Shown: positions 9,901 to 16,999 of the stretch, piece by piece
Layout of the letters: the number at the start of each line of letters is the position of its first letter
Numbering within the stretch: the first letter of the stretch is position 1
NCBI GenBank assembly: GCA_965197285.1
Contig: OZ240092.1
Coordinates: 4,726,335-4,790,334, forward strand
DNA from: Acidobacteriota bacterium
GTDB lineage: Bacteria; Acidobacteriota; UBA6911; RPQK01; CBDAPI01
Length of the DNA: 64,000 nucleotides
Direction of reading: 5' to 3'
Translations under genes and position numbers: made by a program
Notes under the pieces: model-generated
The model's database searches: none
What the model was told of the DNA's origin: nothing
What the model saw: the letters and a program-made list of their open reading frames with translations, nothing else

Positions 9901-10113
9901 ACGTTGCCGGAAGGCAATCTGTTCAGTATCACTTTTGTCAGCAATGCGGCTATCCAGGGTACGGCGAATGTTGCCTTTGCGGGTACTCCCCCGGTGAGCA
10001 TCGCAGACGGCCAGGGCGTTGGCCATCCGCTGGATGAAATCCTGTCGGGTAAGGTTTCCGTATTCCCGCAGGCCGGCCTGACGGGTCTCGGCACGGCCGG
10101 CGCCAGGCGCTGA
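6976..10113 (+). CDS. Large secreted multidomain protein: signal peptide, three copies of a ~50-aa beta-sandwich-like module, an NHL/SMP30-like region and a C-terminal cohesin-like domain
   Basis: 1045 aa. N-terminal signal peptide (ALSALLFASLACLQA). The repeated module is seen at VGVVIVNPGGVDAPVDVTAYGAGGQILSVAQVMVPAGQRLGFLTSGLF and at TGLAALNSAALPATVEIAVFDSEGSFLGG..LNPGVRISELI. NHL-like strings (NAPQAIAFD, NQPGQLLI) are present. The C-terminal AFSIDYDQTKLAFNPSDGNGDGVPDA...IVIVDLDGA resembles a cohesin domain. It is a paralogue of the protein at 48537..51290. Confidence 0.5.
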   Translation: MQVGRCRPLVRATLALSALLFASLACLQAASVLDFPRLSNQSGSIVGVVIVNPGGVDAPVDVTAYGAGGQILSVAQVMVPAGQRLGFLTSGLFPDLEADVVGWFQAVSDVSGLTGFFLFLNSDPSELDGADLPIRDRDIVFNKIQIEGDLSTELNIVNPGGASIEVRLTLIGAADPVERVLDLAALGAARLDVASFFGVNQVAPGAYVIVNAPEDIVGFEFIRRQGADLQGLNARSAEEFLNTLYFAQMAVLGPFEAELGGVNYSGEPVIVVVTAHKPDGSLYIEETQQNPVTIALEAGAGQNRDLALLFGFQGDSVLQGWLEVTANTEAINGQLTYRVVGSGAAAAVAVVPQGSKASIFAHVATTLGFFTGLAALNSAALPATVEIAVFDSEGSFLGGFTTVLNPGVRISELITDLVPEAAELAGGFIWLRSNVPLFLSALFGSVEGDVLANVPAQDVSQNFDPAQGLLEIKINPPLAVLSPTNAQGFSVEGASGAVSWTVNDIPGGSAEFGTISGSGVYTAPAILVPDLPITVSARSGIQSAGAGVDVISEQQLVGDLGIVQSVAYLAGLDRLYSAELTVLGEPAGNRQPAGSLDSSVNDITPPDTPVQITGLDDTITQIIAFVASDGREYLLFCASESGTVQRLDPVSGSTTIVASGLNAPQAIAFDEFSENLLVAEVDQISTIPRSELEQGLSPAAIEEEASRVPTSALIPSEGVGGVQVDRCNGNIYFSVPILGVVFSFNRANGSISILASGLNQPGQLLILYRRGMTCSDSTHLFVAEADQVSMIIPSTGQLIRPWLETGGKPVALVFIPAGSIITDQAGLLITNLDVDSATSEAVILFLPDLYGPGPVNPPVTQTTSEGETTEPGPDIAIAGATGQLAGNTTVTAFFRPGPAGGGPGAGPDQIAAMAFSIDYDQTKLAFNPSDGNGDGVPDAIIPSLPGAFELTVLFDPGDTTGEIDIVIVDLDGAMATLPEGNLFSITFVSNAAIQGTANVAFAGTPPVSIADGQGVGHPLDEILSGKVSVFPQAGLTGLGTAGARR

Positions 10114-10138
10114 TACGAGTCGTGCCTCGTGTGACTGA

Positions 10139-10918
10139 ATGATCAGCCCAGAGGATCTTTCCGAACTGAAAGCCGCCAAGGCGCTCCTCGAAAACCCCGG
10201 CCTGGCAGCCCGTGTCACCGGTATGCTGGGCGCCCCCATCGAACGAGGCTTCCAATTGCTGCCCGAGAAATGGTCCTCGGCCGTTCAGAGCGCCGTCGAG
10301 ATCTCTCTCAACCGGGCCCTGAATATCGCGGTAGCGAGCCTGGGAAGGAAGCCCGAGCGGAAGATGCCGCGGGCTCGGCTGCATCGAGCCGCCGTGATCG
10401 GAACGGGAGGCCTGGGAGGGGCTTTCGGATTGGCTGCGTTGCCGCTGGAGCTCCCGCTGTCGACGACGATCATGCTCCGCTCCATCGCCGACGTGGCCAG
10501 ATCGGAGGGAGAAGACCTGGATCGGCCGGAAACTAAGCTCGCCTGTCTGGAGGTATTCGCGCTGGGAGGGAACTCGTCCAGCGATGACTCGGTCGAGACC
10601 GGCTATTATGCGGTTCGGGCCGCCCTGGCGACCAGCCTTGCCGATGCAGCCCAGCATATCTCTCAGAAGGGACTCTCCGCCGAGGGGGCCCCCGCCCTGG
10701 TTCGGTTCCTGGCAGGGATTGCCTCCCGTTTTGGAATCGTTGTCTCTGAGAAAACGGCCGCCATGGCGGTGCCGGCCATAGGAGCCGTAGGAGGAGGAGT
10801 CGTAAACGCCCTGTTTATCGACCATTTCAACAGCATGGCGCGCGGGCATTTCAAGGTCCGAAGCCTGGAGCGCAAGTACGGCAGACAGCTGATCCAGGCA
10901 ACCTACCAGAGCCTGTGA
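10139..10918 (+). CDS. EcsC family protein
   Basis: 259 aa. The conserved EcsC C-terminus is present: AAMAVPAIGAVGGGVVNALFIDHFNSMARGHFKVRSLERKYG. Confidence 0.7.
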   Translation: MISPEDLSELKAAKALLENPGLAARVTGMLGAPIERGFQLLPEKWSSAVQSAVEISLNRALNIAVASLGRKPERKMPRARLHRAAVIGTGGLGGAFGLAALPLELPLSTTIMLRSIADVARSEGEDLDRPETKLACLEVFALGGNSSSDDSVETGYYAVRAALATSLADAAQHISQKGLSAEGAPALVRFLAGIASRFGIVVSEKTAAMAVPAIGAVGGGVVNALFIDHFNSMARGHFKVRSLERKYGRQLIQATYQSL

Positions 10919-10934
10919 CCGCAGAGACGGGACA

Positions 10935-12200
10935 ATGAAGCGTGTGACGCTGGCAGTTGCCTTTCTCCTGACCCCGAACGGTTGTCAGGATGACTTCGAC
11001 ACGGGCATCGTCGTGTCAACTGTCGCTGGGTCCAGTGAGGCGGCATTTTTTCAAGGGGGCCAGGACTGGCCCCAGTGGCGGGGCCCGCGCCGGGATGGGG
11101 TCAGCTTCGAACAGGGCTTGGTGCGCAGCTGGTCGGAAGGCGGTCCCACCGAGATTTGGAGGCGCGCCATCGGAACCGGCTATTCCGGGTTGGTGGTGAG
11201 CGGGACCCGTCTCTACACACTCGATCAAGATGGGGATGAGTCTTTGGTGGCCTTCAGTGCCGTGAACGGCCAGGAACTGTGGCGACTTTCGCTGGGCGGT
11301 GGTTTCTCGAGCGGTCAGGGCGATGGGCCACGGGGTACCCCGGCCGTCGACGGGGACCTGGTGTTTGCCGTGAGCGGACGCGGCACGTTGACGGCCGCCG
11401 AGCGCAGCAGCGGCCGCCAGGTCTGGAAGCACGACCTGCCCCGGGAATTCGATAGTGAACCGCCGTACTGGGGTTTTTCCACTTCCCCTCTGGTCAAGGG
11501 CGACCTGGTGCTGGTGGAGCCTGGAGGACGGGGAGGGGGCTCCCTGGTTGCTTTTCGAAAAGATGACGGGAAGCTTGTCTGGAAAAGCCACGGCGATCCA
11601 GCCGGTTACTCTTCACCTCTGGGCGTCGAATTCAGGGGCCAGTCTCAGGTTCTCTTTTTCACGGCTAAAAATCTCCTTTCGGTAACCCTGGATGGAGGAA
11701 GGGTCCTATGGCAGGTTCCGTGGACCACCAGTTACGATGTCAACGCAGCTACGCCGATATGGATCCCCCCCAACCGAGTTTTCATCTCTTCCGACTACGG
11801 TGTCGGCGGAGCGGTCTTCGAAGTGCAGGAGAGCGGCGCTCCCCGGCAGGTCTGGAAGAACAAGGAGATGCGCAATCATTTCGGCACCTGCGTGTATCTA
11901 AATGGTTTCCTGTACGGATTCGATAAGGCCACGCTAAAGTGCATCGACGCTTTGGATGGATCCGTGAAATGGCGGACCCGGGGACTGGGCCGGGGTTCTC
12001 TGATTTCCGCAGACGGTATGTTGATCGTGCTGGGGGAACGAGGGCAACTTGTTCTTGTAGAAGCCACGCCTGGAGCCTACAACGAGCTCTCACGCGCCCA
12101 GGTGCTCAAAGGCAAGTGCTGGACCTCACCCACCCTCGCCCACAAAAAGCTCTACCTGAGAAATCAGAAAGAAATCGTCTGCCTGGACTTACAGGGGTGA
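10935..12200 (+). CDS. PQQ-like beta-propeller repeat protein (BamB/YVTN-like), secreted
   Basis: 421 aa. Signal peptide, then the diagnostic WPQWRGPRRDG start and repeated blades (...LYTLDQDG..., ...VNGQELWR...). Confidence 0.65.
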   Translation: MKRVTLAVAFLLTPNGCQDDFDTGIVVSTVAGSSEAAFFQGGQDWPQWRGPRRDGVSFEQGLVRSWSEGGPTEIWRRAIGTGYSGLVVSGTRLYTLDQDGDESLVAFSAVNGQELWRLSLGGGFSSGQGDGPRGTPAVDGDLVFAVSGRGTLTAAERSSGRQVWKHDLPREFDSEPPYWGFSTSPLVKGDLVLVEPGGRGGGSLVAFRKDDGKLVWKSHGDPAGYSSPLGVEFRGQSQVLFFTAKNLLSVTLDGGRVLWQVPWTTSYDVNAATPIWIPPNRVFISSDYGVGGAVFEVQESGAPRQVWKNKEMRNHFGTCVYLNGFLYGFDKATLKCIDALDGSVKWRTRGLGRGSLISADGMLIVLGERGQLVLVEATPGAYNELSRAQVLKGKCWTSPTLAHKKLYLRNQKEIVCLDLQG

Positions 12201-12204
12201 TCCC

Positions 12205-13830
12205 AGATTGCGCGCTCATTAAAGGACTAAGCTGAAACTTGATTTGCCACCTCCATCGGAACAAGAGCGTAACCCATTGATTTTGCGACCTTTTGAGCGT
12301 ACTTGAGCCGATTCTGCTGGAAACGTGCCTCATAGGTCTCAGCTCCCTGATCAACGTACTCCTGACCGTATTTCAGTGCCCGATAAATGTGTTCGCAGAG
12401 CTTGCGCGCAGTGGCTCCAATGGCGATGGACATGCCTTTGCGCTGAGCCATTCTCCGATAGTAGGCACCCAATGCTGTTGAGGAATACTTCAGAGACAGA
12501 GACGCCATGCGAAGGGTGCAGGCAATTCGGGTCGATCCCAGGCCCCTTCCACGACGCTTGCGGCTTTTGCCGGCAGAACGATCCAAGGGGGTGCAAACCT
12601 TGAGCCAGGATGCAAAGTGCTTGGTGGAGGGAAAACGCTGGATGTCGAATCCTACTTCACTGACTGCGGTCAATGCGGCTTCTGGGCCGATGGCGTCGAT
12701 TCGGGTCAGGTCGACCCCTGTAAATCGCCACAGAGCCGTGCGCAGTTCGTGATATCCCTGTCGTTTGATGTTCTTCTCTTTGGTGGGATTGGGATGTACC
12801 GGCACCGGCTGTTGTTGACGCTCGGGCGGGCTCAACTCTTCCAGCCGCTGGATGATCTTCTGCTCATAAACCTCCACCATCTTTTGCAGATACTCATAGT
12901 GCTCCAGATGCATCTGGAGATTGAACAAATGCTCGGGCATCCAGGTTCCCTTCAAGTGCTCGGAAATCTCTTGTTCACTTTTCTTACAGCGACGATCTCT
13001 CAACTGGGCCAGCTTCAGAGGATCTCGTTCTCCCGCCACGATGGCTCGTAGAATCGACATTCCCGTCACTCCCGTCACATCCGTCACGGCTTGGTGAACT
13101 TTGATATTCATCCAGTCCAGCGCCTTCTGCATGCGCTGCACCACCGATCCCAAGGCTTCTTTCAGGTTGGCCCGCTCTCGGGCCAGAGCTCGCAACTCCC
13201 GAATCACGGGCGAGGGGCGGAAACAGGCCTCCAGCAGTCCACATGCGTGTAGCTTCTGGATCCACTGGCAGTCCAACATATCGGTCTTCCGGCCGGGGAC
13301 CCGCTTGAGCTTGCGGGCATCCACCAGCACCACCTCGATGCCCCGTTCTTCCAGCAGATCGTACAAGGGATCCAATATGTTCCCGTACTCTCGATGGCCA
13401 CCGACTTCACTCTCTCTTGGTGCAGCCAGTCCGCCGCCGCCTCCAACTCTGACGTGATGGTCCCGAATACTCGCACATTCGGCACTCCCTCCTCCCTCTC
13501 GGGGGCACAGATCCAATGCTCTCGACTGCCGGCATCGACTCCTGCTACCCGGCTTTGGACGACCAGCAGCCCTCGGGCTGCTGGCTGTCTTTTTCGGCCT
13601 CGCTTCCTCTTGCTTTTCTTCTTGGCTTTCATGCTATCGTTGAACCTCCATCAGGAAATGTGCGAGCTGTGGCCCGAGGTGGCTATGCTGCTAAATCTAA
13701 GCTTCGGGATGGTCCCCTTGGGGGCCTCACCAGTGAATCATGGCCGACTCGGGACCAGGCTGAGATTCGAGCATTGATGCTTCAGTGTCTGCAGGGTCTT
13801 GACTGCCACAGCTCGCACATAGCCTATCGA
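12205..13830 (-). mobile_element. IS110-family insertion sequence, placed immediately downstream of the PQQ-repeat gene. Boundaries are approximate; this family lacks classical TIRs
   Basis: The transposase has a DEDD N-domain (VAGVDAGSREHWICAP...ESTGTYWIP) and the IS110/IS902 C-domain. The transposase stop at 12227 is 26 nt from the PQQ gene stop. The 5' leader contains a 14-bp inverted repeat, GTGCGAGCTGTGGC at 13661-13674 pairing with GCCACAGCTCGCAC at 13809-13822. Confidence 0.6.
12227..13632 (-). pseudogene. IS110 family transposase, interrupted by a 1-nt frameshift in a T run (the two ORFs 13204..13632 and 12227..13516 are one gene)
   Basis: Frame A reads ...ESTGTYWIP and then goes out of frame. 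Frame B continues ...ILDPLYDLLEERGIEVVLV... The sequence is ACATATTGGATCCCTTGTACGAT. Reading CCCTTTG in place of CCCTTG (one extra T; plus-strand AA at 13365-13366) gives the contiguous canonical ...TYWIPLYDLL. Confidence 0.75.
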
Positions 13831-13886
13831 AACCTCGCAAGTTTCTCTCAAGAATCATCCGGCCACCGGCCGGGGGCTGGGCTGAG

Positions 13887-14528
13887 ATGAGAATTGTTTT
13901 GGCGTCCGCCTCTCCTCGCCGGCGCAAGCTGCTCGAGAAACTGGGCAAGCCCTTTGACGTGCAGCCCTCCGGCACGGACGAGTCCGTTAAAGCCGAGGCA
14001 ACACCCGCTCAGACGATCCAGCAGATTGCGCTCCAGAAAGCAAAAGCCGTGGCCGCTATAGACAAGTCTGCGAGGCTCGTGATCGGGGCTGATACGGCGG
14101 TCATCATAGGAGATCGAATCCTGGGGAAACCTTCCGGCCCCGAAGACGCTGCGGCAATGCTGCGTAAGCTCCGCGGGCGGATCCACCACGTCGTGACCGG
14201 ACTGGCAATCGTCGAAAACGCGTCCGGCCGCACCCTGGTTTCACGAACCACGACCGAGGTCACAATGCGCTGTTACCCGGATCGAGAGATCAGCGAGTAC
14301 GTCTCCTCCGGAGAGCCCGACGACAAGGCTGGAGCCTACGCCGTTCAGGGTGCCGGAGGGAGGCTGGTAGAATCCGTCCGGGGCTGCTATTTCAACGTCG
14401 TGGGGCTGCCCCTGTGCGAGCTGAGCAGCATGCTCTCCGCAGTCGGCTTCCCGGTGCCTTCCGAATGCTACCTGCCCGATGGCGCCCCGTGCCCGGGAGG
14501 AATCTGGAATCTGGGCGAGATGCACTAG
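13887..14528 (+). CDS. maf: Maf-like nucleoside triphosphate pyrophosphatase (septum formation protein Maf)
   Basis: 213 aa. Starts MRIVLASASPRRRKLLEKLG; the Maf fold signature runs throughout. Confidence 0.85.
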   Translation: MRIVLASASPRRRKLLEKLGKPFDVQPSGTDESVKAEATPAQTIQQIALQKAKAVAAIDKSARLVIGADTAVIIGDRILGKPSGPEDAAAMLRKLRGRIHHVVTGLAIVENASGRTLVSRTTTEVTMRCYPDREISEYVSSGEPDDKAGAYAVQGAGGRLVESVRGCYFNVVGLPLCELSSMLSAVGFPVPSECYLPDGAPCPGGIWNLGEMH

Positions 14529-14566
14529 CATCTGCCGGCCACGTCTGTTAGGTTGGACCAGCCGTG

Positions 14567-14851
14567 ATGGATGAAGTCACACTCGAATCAACCGTGGAAC
14601 TCCCGCCCAAAGTCACCTTTGGCAATATGGACGATGAAGTGGCCATTTTTCACGAGGAAACCGGCCAGTACTACGGGCTCGATGATGTGGGTAGTCGAGT
14701 GTGGAAAGCCTTTCACCAAACCGGTTCGCTCCGTGAAGCTCATACCGTGCTGATGAAGGAATTCGAGATCGAGGACAGCGATCTGGAAGAAGCCATCATC
14801 GAGTTCGTCAAGGAACTGGTTGAGCTGGAGCTCCTCGCGGTCAAGCCGTGA
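14567..14851 (+). CDS. PqqD-family RiPP recognition element (lasso-peptide B1-type chaperone)
   Basis: About 94 aa. Classic PqqD/RRE pattern ...GQYYGLDDVGSRVWKAFHQTGSLREAHTVLMKEFEIEDSDLEEAIIEFVKELVELELL. It lies 36 nt upstream of, and in the same frame as, the Asn-synthetase-like gene. Confidence 0.75.
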   Translation: MDEVTLESTVELPPKVTFGNMDDEVAIFHEETGQYYGLDDVGSRVWKAFHQTGSLREAHTVLMKEFEIEDSDLEEAIIEFVKELVELELLAVKP

Positions 14852-14887
14852 ACCGGGGGGAGACCCAGATGACTCGTAACGCTCGAC

Positions 14888-16612
14888 TTGCCAACTATCC
14901 CTGAAGACGATCGTCCGGCCAGTTGGCAGACCGGCACCTGCGGCCGGATTAACTGGCAGGTGCGGGTCGCGTCTAAGGGGGCCCTCCGGGAACCATCGCA
15001 TCCGATCCGAGTCCTGTTCGCTCGTGGACACTTTCTGAATGAGGCTCTACCTGCGTCCGGCTCAGGCCCGGGTTGGGAGCATCGCCAGCTGGAGACGCTG
15101 TACCTGCGGCATGGACACGGCCAGTTGAGCCGGCTTCTCGAAGGGGACCTTTCCTTCGCCCTGTGGGATGGCCGCGCGATGAGCCTGGTTCTCTCGACCG
15201 ATCGACTTGGTCTGCACCCCATCTACTACTACCGCCACAGCGACAGGTTGTTCGTTTCCTGGAAGGTGGAGGACCTCGTCCCGTACCTCCCCGACTCCCA
15301 ACCCGACATGAGAAGCCTTTCGGCTCACGTGGCGGGCTTTTTGCTGCCCGAGGGCCGGACGTTCTACGACGGAATTCAGAGAATCCCGGCAGGGATGATT
15401 GCGAGGGTGTACGAAGATGATCTTGAGCAGAAGAAGTACTGGAGCCTGGAAGGGTCGAGACCGGCACCGAGGGATGCTGAGGCCTGTGCCGGTGAGCTTA
15501 ACGAGCGTCTCCGCGAAGTGCACCGCAGCTGGCTTCGTGTGTTGCCCGCTCCCGTCGGCATCGCGCTCAGCAGCGGGTTGGATTCCGGCAGCGTCGCAGC
15601 CGTCGTGCGCGGTCTCGATTCCAGCCCATTGATTCGGGCTTTCTCATGGGTTCACCCGGGCTTGCCCGAGGCCGACGAATCGGCCGGGATCGAGGACGTG
15701 TGCCGGACCCTGAATCTGGACCTGACGCGGATTGAAGCGGACCGGCATTGGACGCTGTGTGACCCGCAAGGGCTGACGACTTCCATCCAGGGCCCGGAGG
15801 CTCACTACTACCGGGAGAGCTGGGAAGTGACGTTTCAGAGAGCGAAATCTCAGGGTCACCACTATCTGTTCTCCGGTGTCGGGGGGGACGAGTTGTTCGG
15901 GGGAATAAGTTCCTACACCGATCTATTCCTCTGCGGCCGCTGGTTTTCGCTGCTGCGGCAACTGCTTCGCGAACGCAGGGACGCCGGGTTCGGCCCGCGT
16001 TACATTTTCAGTTCTACCCTGAATCCGTGGCTGCGGAATCGGTTTCCCCGCTGGCAGCTAAGACGGATGAGGTTGCCTGTCTGGCTGACGGAGGCGACCA
16101 GAGAGCGGGTCCGGGGACTCTTGCTGCCGCCTTTTCATTCGAGGCGGGGTGACTTCGGCCGGCAGCTTCGCATCCGTTTCCTGCAGAACCTGGCCCGCAG
16201 CAGACAGATCCTGCAGGTTTCCAGGATCGGTGAGGTCGCCGGGCTGGGGATGATCCACCCCCTGCTGGACCGGCGGGTGGTCGAGTTCGCGGCCAGCTTG
16301 CCCGCTACCCAGAACTTTCATGCCGGGAAGGACAAAATGATCTTGAGACGAGCCTTCCAGGAAATCCTGCCGGCTCCCATCATCCAACGGAAACGAAAGA
16401 TCACCGTCGAGACCCTGTTTCATCGAGGATTGCGCGAACGGGAAACGGCAAAGGTATGGCCCTTGTTGCAGGATATGCGTGCCGCAGACCTGGGGCTTGT
16501 GGATCAGGCTTCTGTGCGCCACCAGTACCGTCAATACCTGAAGGGAGAGGGCAGCGCCCTTGGCATCTGGAATGCACTCACCGTCGAAGACTGGCTGCGG
16601 CGCTACTTCTGA
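14888..16612 (+). CDS. Asparagine synthetase-like protein, lasso-peptide cyclase (C) type, with a TTG start
   Basis: 574 aa. AsnB N-domain remnant (LSFALWDGRAMSLVLSTDRLGLHPIYYY) that lacks the Cys2 nucleophile. PP-loop LSSGLDSGSVAAVV. Downstream ...FSGVGGDELFGG. This architecture, paired with a PqqD protein, is the lasso cyclase signature. Confidence 0.7.
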   Translation: MPTIPEDDRPASWQTGTCGRINWQVRVASKGALREPSHPIRVLFARGHFLNEALPASGSGPGWEHRQLETLYLRHGHGQLSRLLEGDLSFALWDGRAMSLVLSTDRLGLHPIYYYRHSDRLFVSWKVEDLVPYLPDSQPDMRSLSAHVAGFLLPEGRTFYDGIQRIPAGMIARVYEDDLEQKKYWSLEGSRPAPRDAEACAGELNERLREVHRSWLRVLPAPVGIALSSGLDSGSVAAVVRGLDSSPLIRAFSWVHPGLPEADESAGIEDVCRTLNLDLTRIEADRHWTLCDPQGLTTSIQGPEAHYYRESWEVTFQRAKSQGHHYLFSGVGGDELFGGISSYTDLFLCGRWFSLLRQLLRERRDAGFGPRYIFSSTLNPWLRNRFPRWQLRRMRLPVWLTEATRERVRGLLLPPFHSRRGDFGRQLRIRFLQNLARSRQILQVSRIGEVAGLGMIHPLLDRRVVEFAASLPATQNFHAGKDKMILRRAFQEILPAPIIQRKRKITVETLFHRGLRERETAKVWPLLQDMRAADLGLVDQASVRHQYRQYLKGEGSALGIWNALTVEDWLRRYF

Positions 16613-16788
16613 GCATTTTCTGCGCGGCCGGTTGCACACCGGACCGGCGGAAGCCTGCGAAACTGAAATTGGGTGTCTGCAGCAACTCCAGCCTGGCCGG
16701 CCAGTCGCGGACGGCCCGTACTTGCCACGGTTCATTCAATCTGGTATCTGTACACCCGAATGTTGCAGGACCGATCTTTTTGACGGGC

Positions 16789-16999
16789 ATGTCCGACTCC
16801 GTAAGCACCCTGTGGCCCGCCTACTACCTTTTTGGATGCAGTGTTCGGAGCAATTTTCCCTTCAGCATCGAACTCCCTCCCTCTGAACAAGAACCGGACC
16901 TGACGCTCAGCTTTCATCCGGGCACGACGAGCGGCCTGCAGGACGGACTCGAACCCCTGTATGCGAGTGACCTCGTGAACGAGGCCGGCGTGGCTCTAG
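16789..16999 (+). pseudogene. 5' fragment of an HprK-like Ser kinase gene (lasso-peptide kinase type), cut off by the IS1380 insertion at 17000
   Basis: The frame is open from downstream of the cyclase stop; the first ATG is at 16789 (a TTG at 16669 is also possible). It reads ...LEPLYASDLVNEAGVALA and then runs into the IS, producing an IS-derived tail RIMQEP*. It is in frame with the 3' fragment once the IS and one TSD copy are removed. Confidence 0.65.

Noticed and set aside
13777-13890. 37-aa ORF (MLQCLQGLDCHSSHIAYRNL...) ending in ATGA with the maf start
   Set aside because: It overlaps the second arm of the IS110 leader inverted repeat. Its composition follows the palindrome. It is probably not a real gene, although the ATGA coupling is noted.
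16613-16789. Lasso precursor peptide candidates between the cyclase and kinase genes (for example the GTG-start ORF at 16673 encoding VSAATPAWPASRGRPVLATVHSIWYLYTRMLQDRSF)
   Set aside because: No candidate has the leader Thr at -2 followed by a Gly/Ala/Ser/Cys core start with an acidic residue at core positions 7-9. There is no convincing RBS. It is kept only as a negative result.
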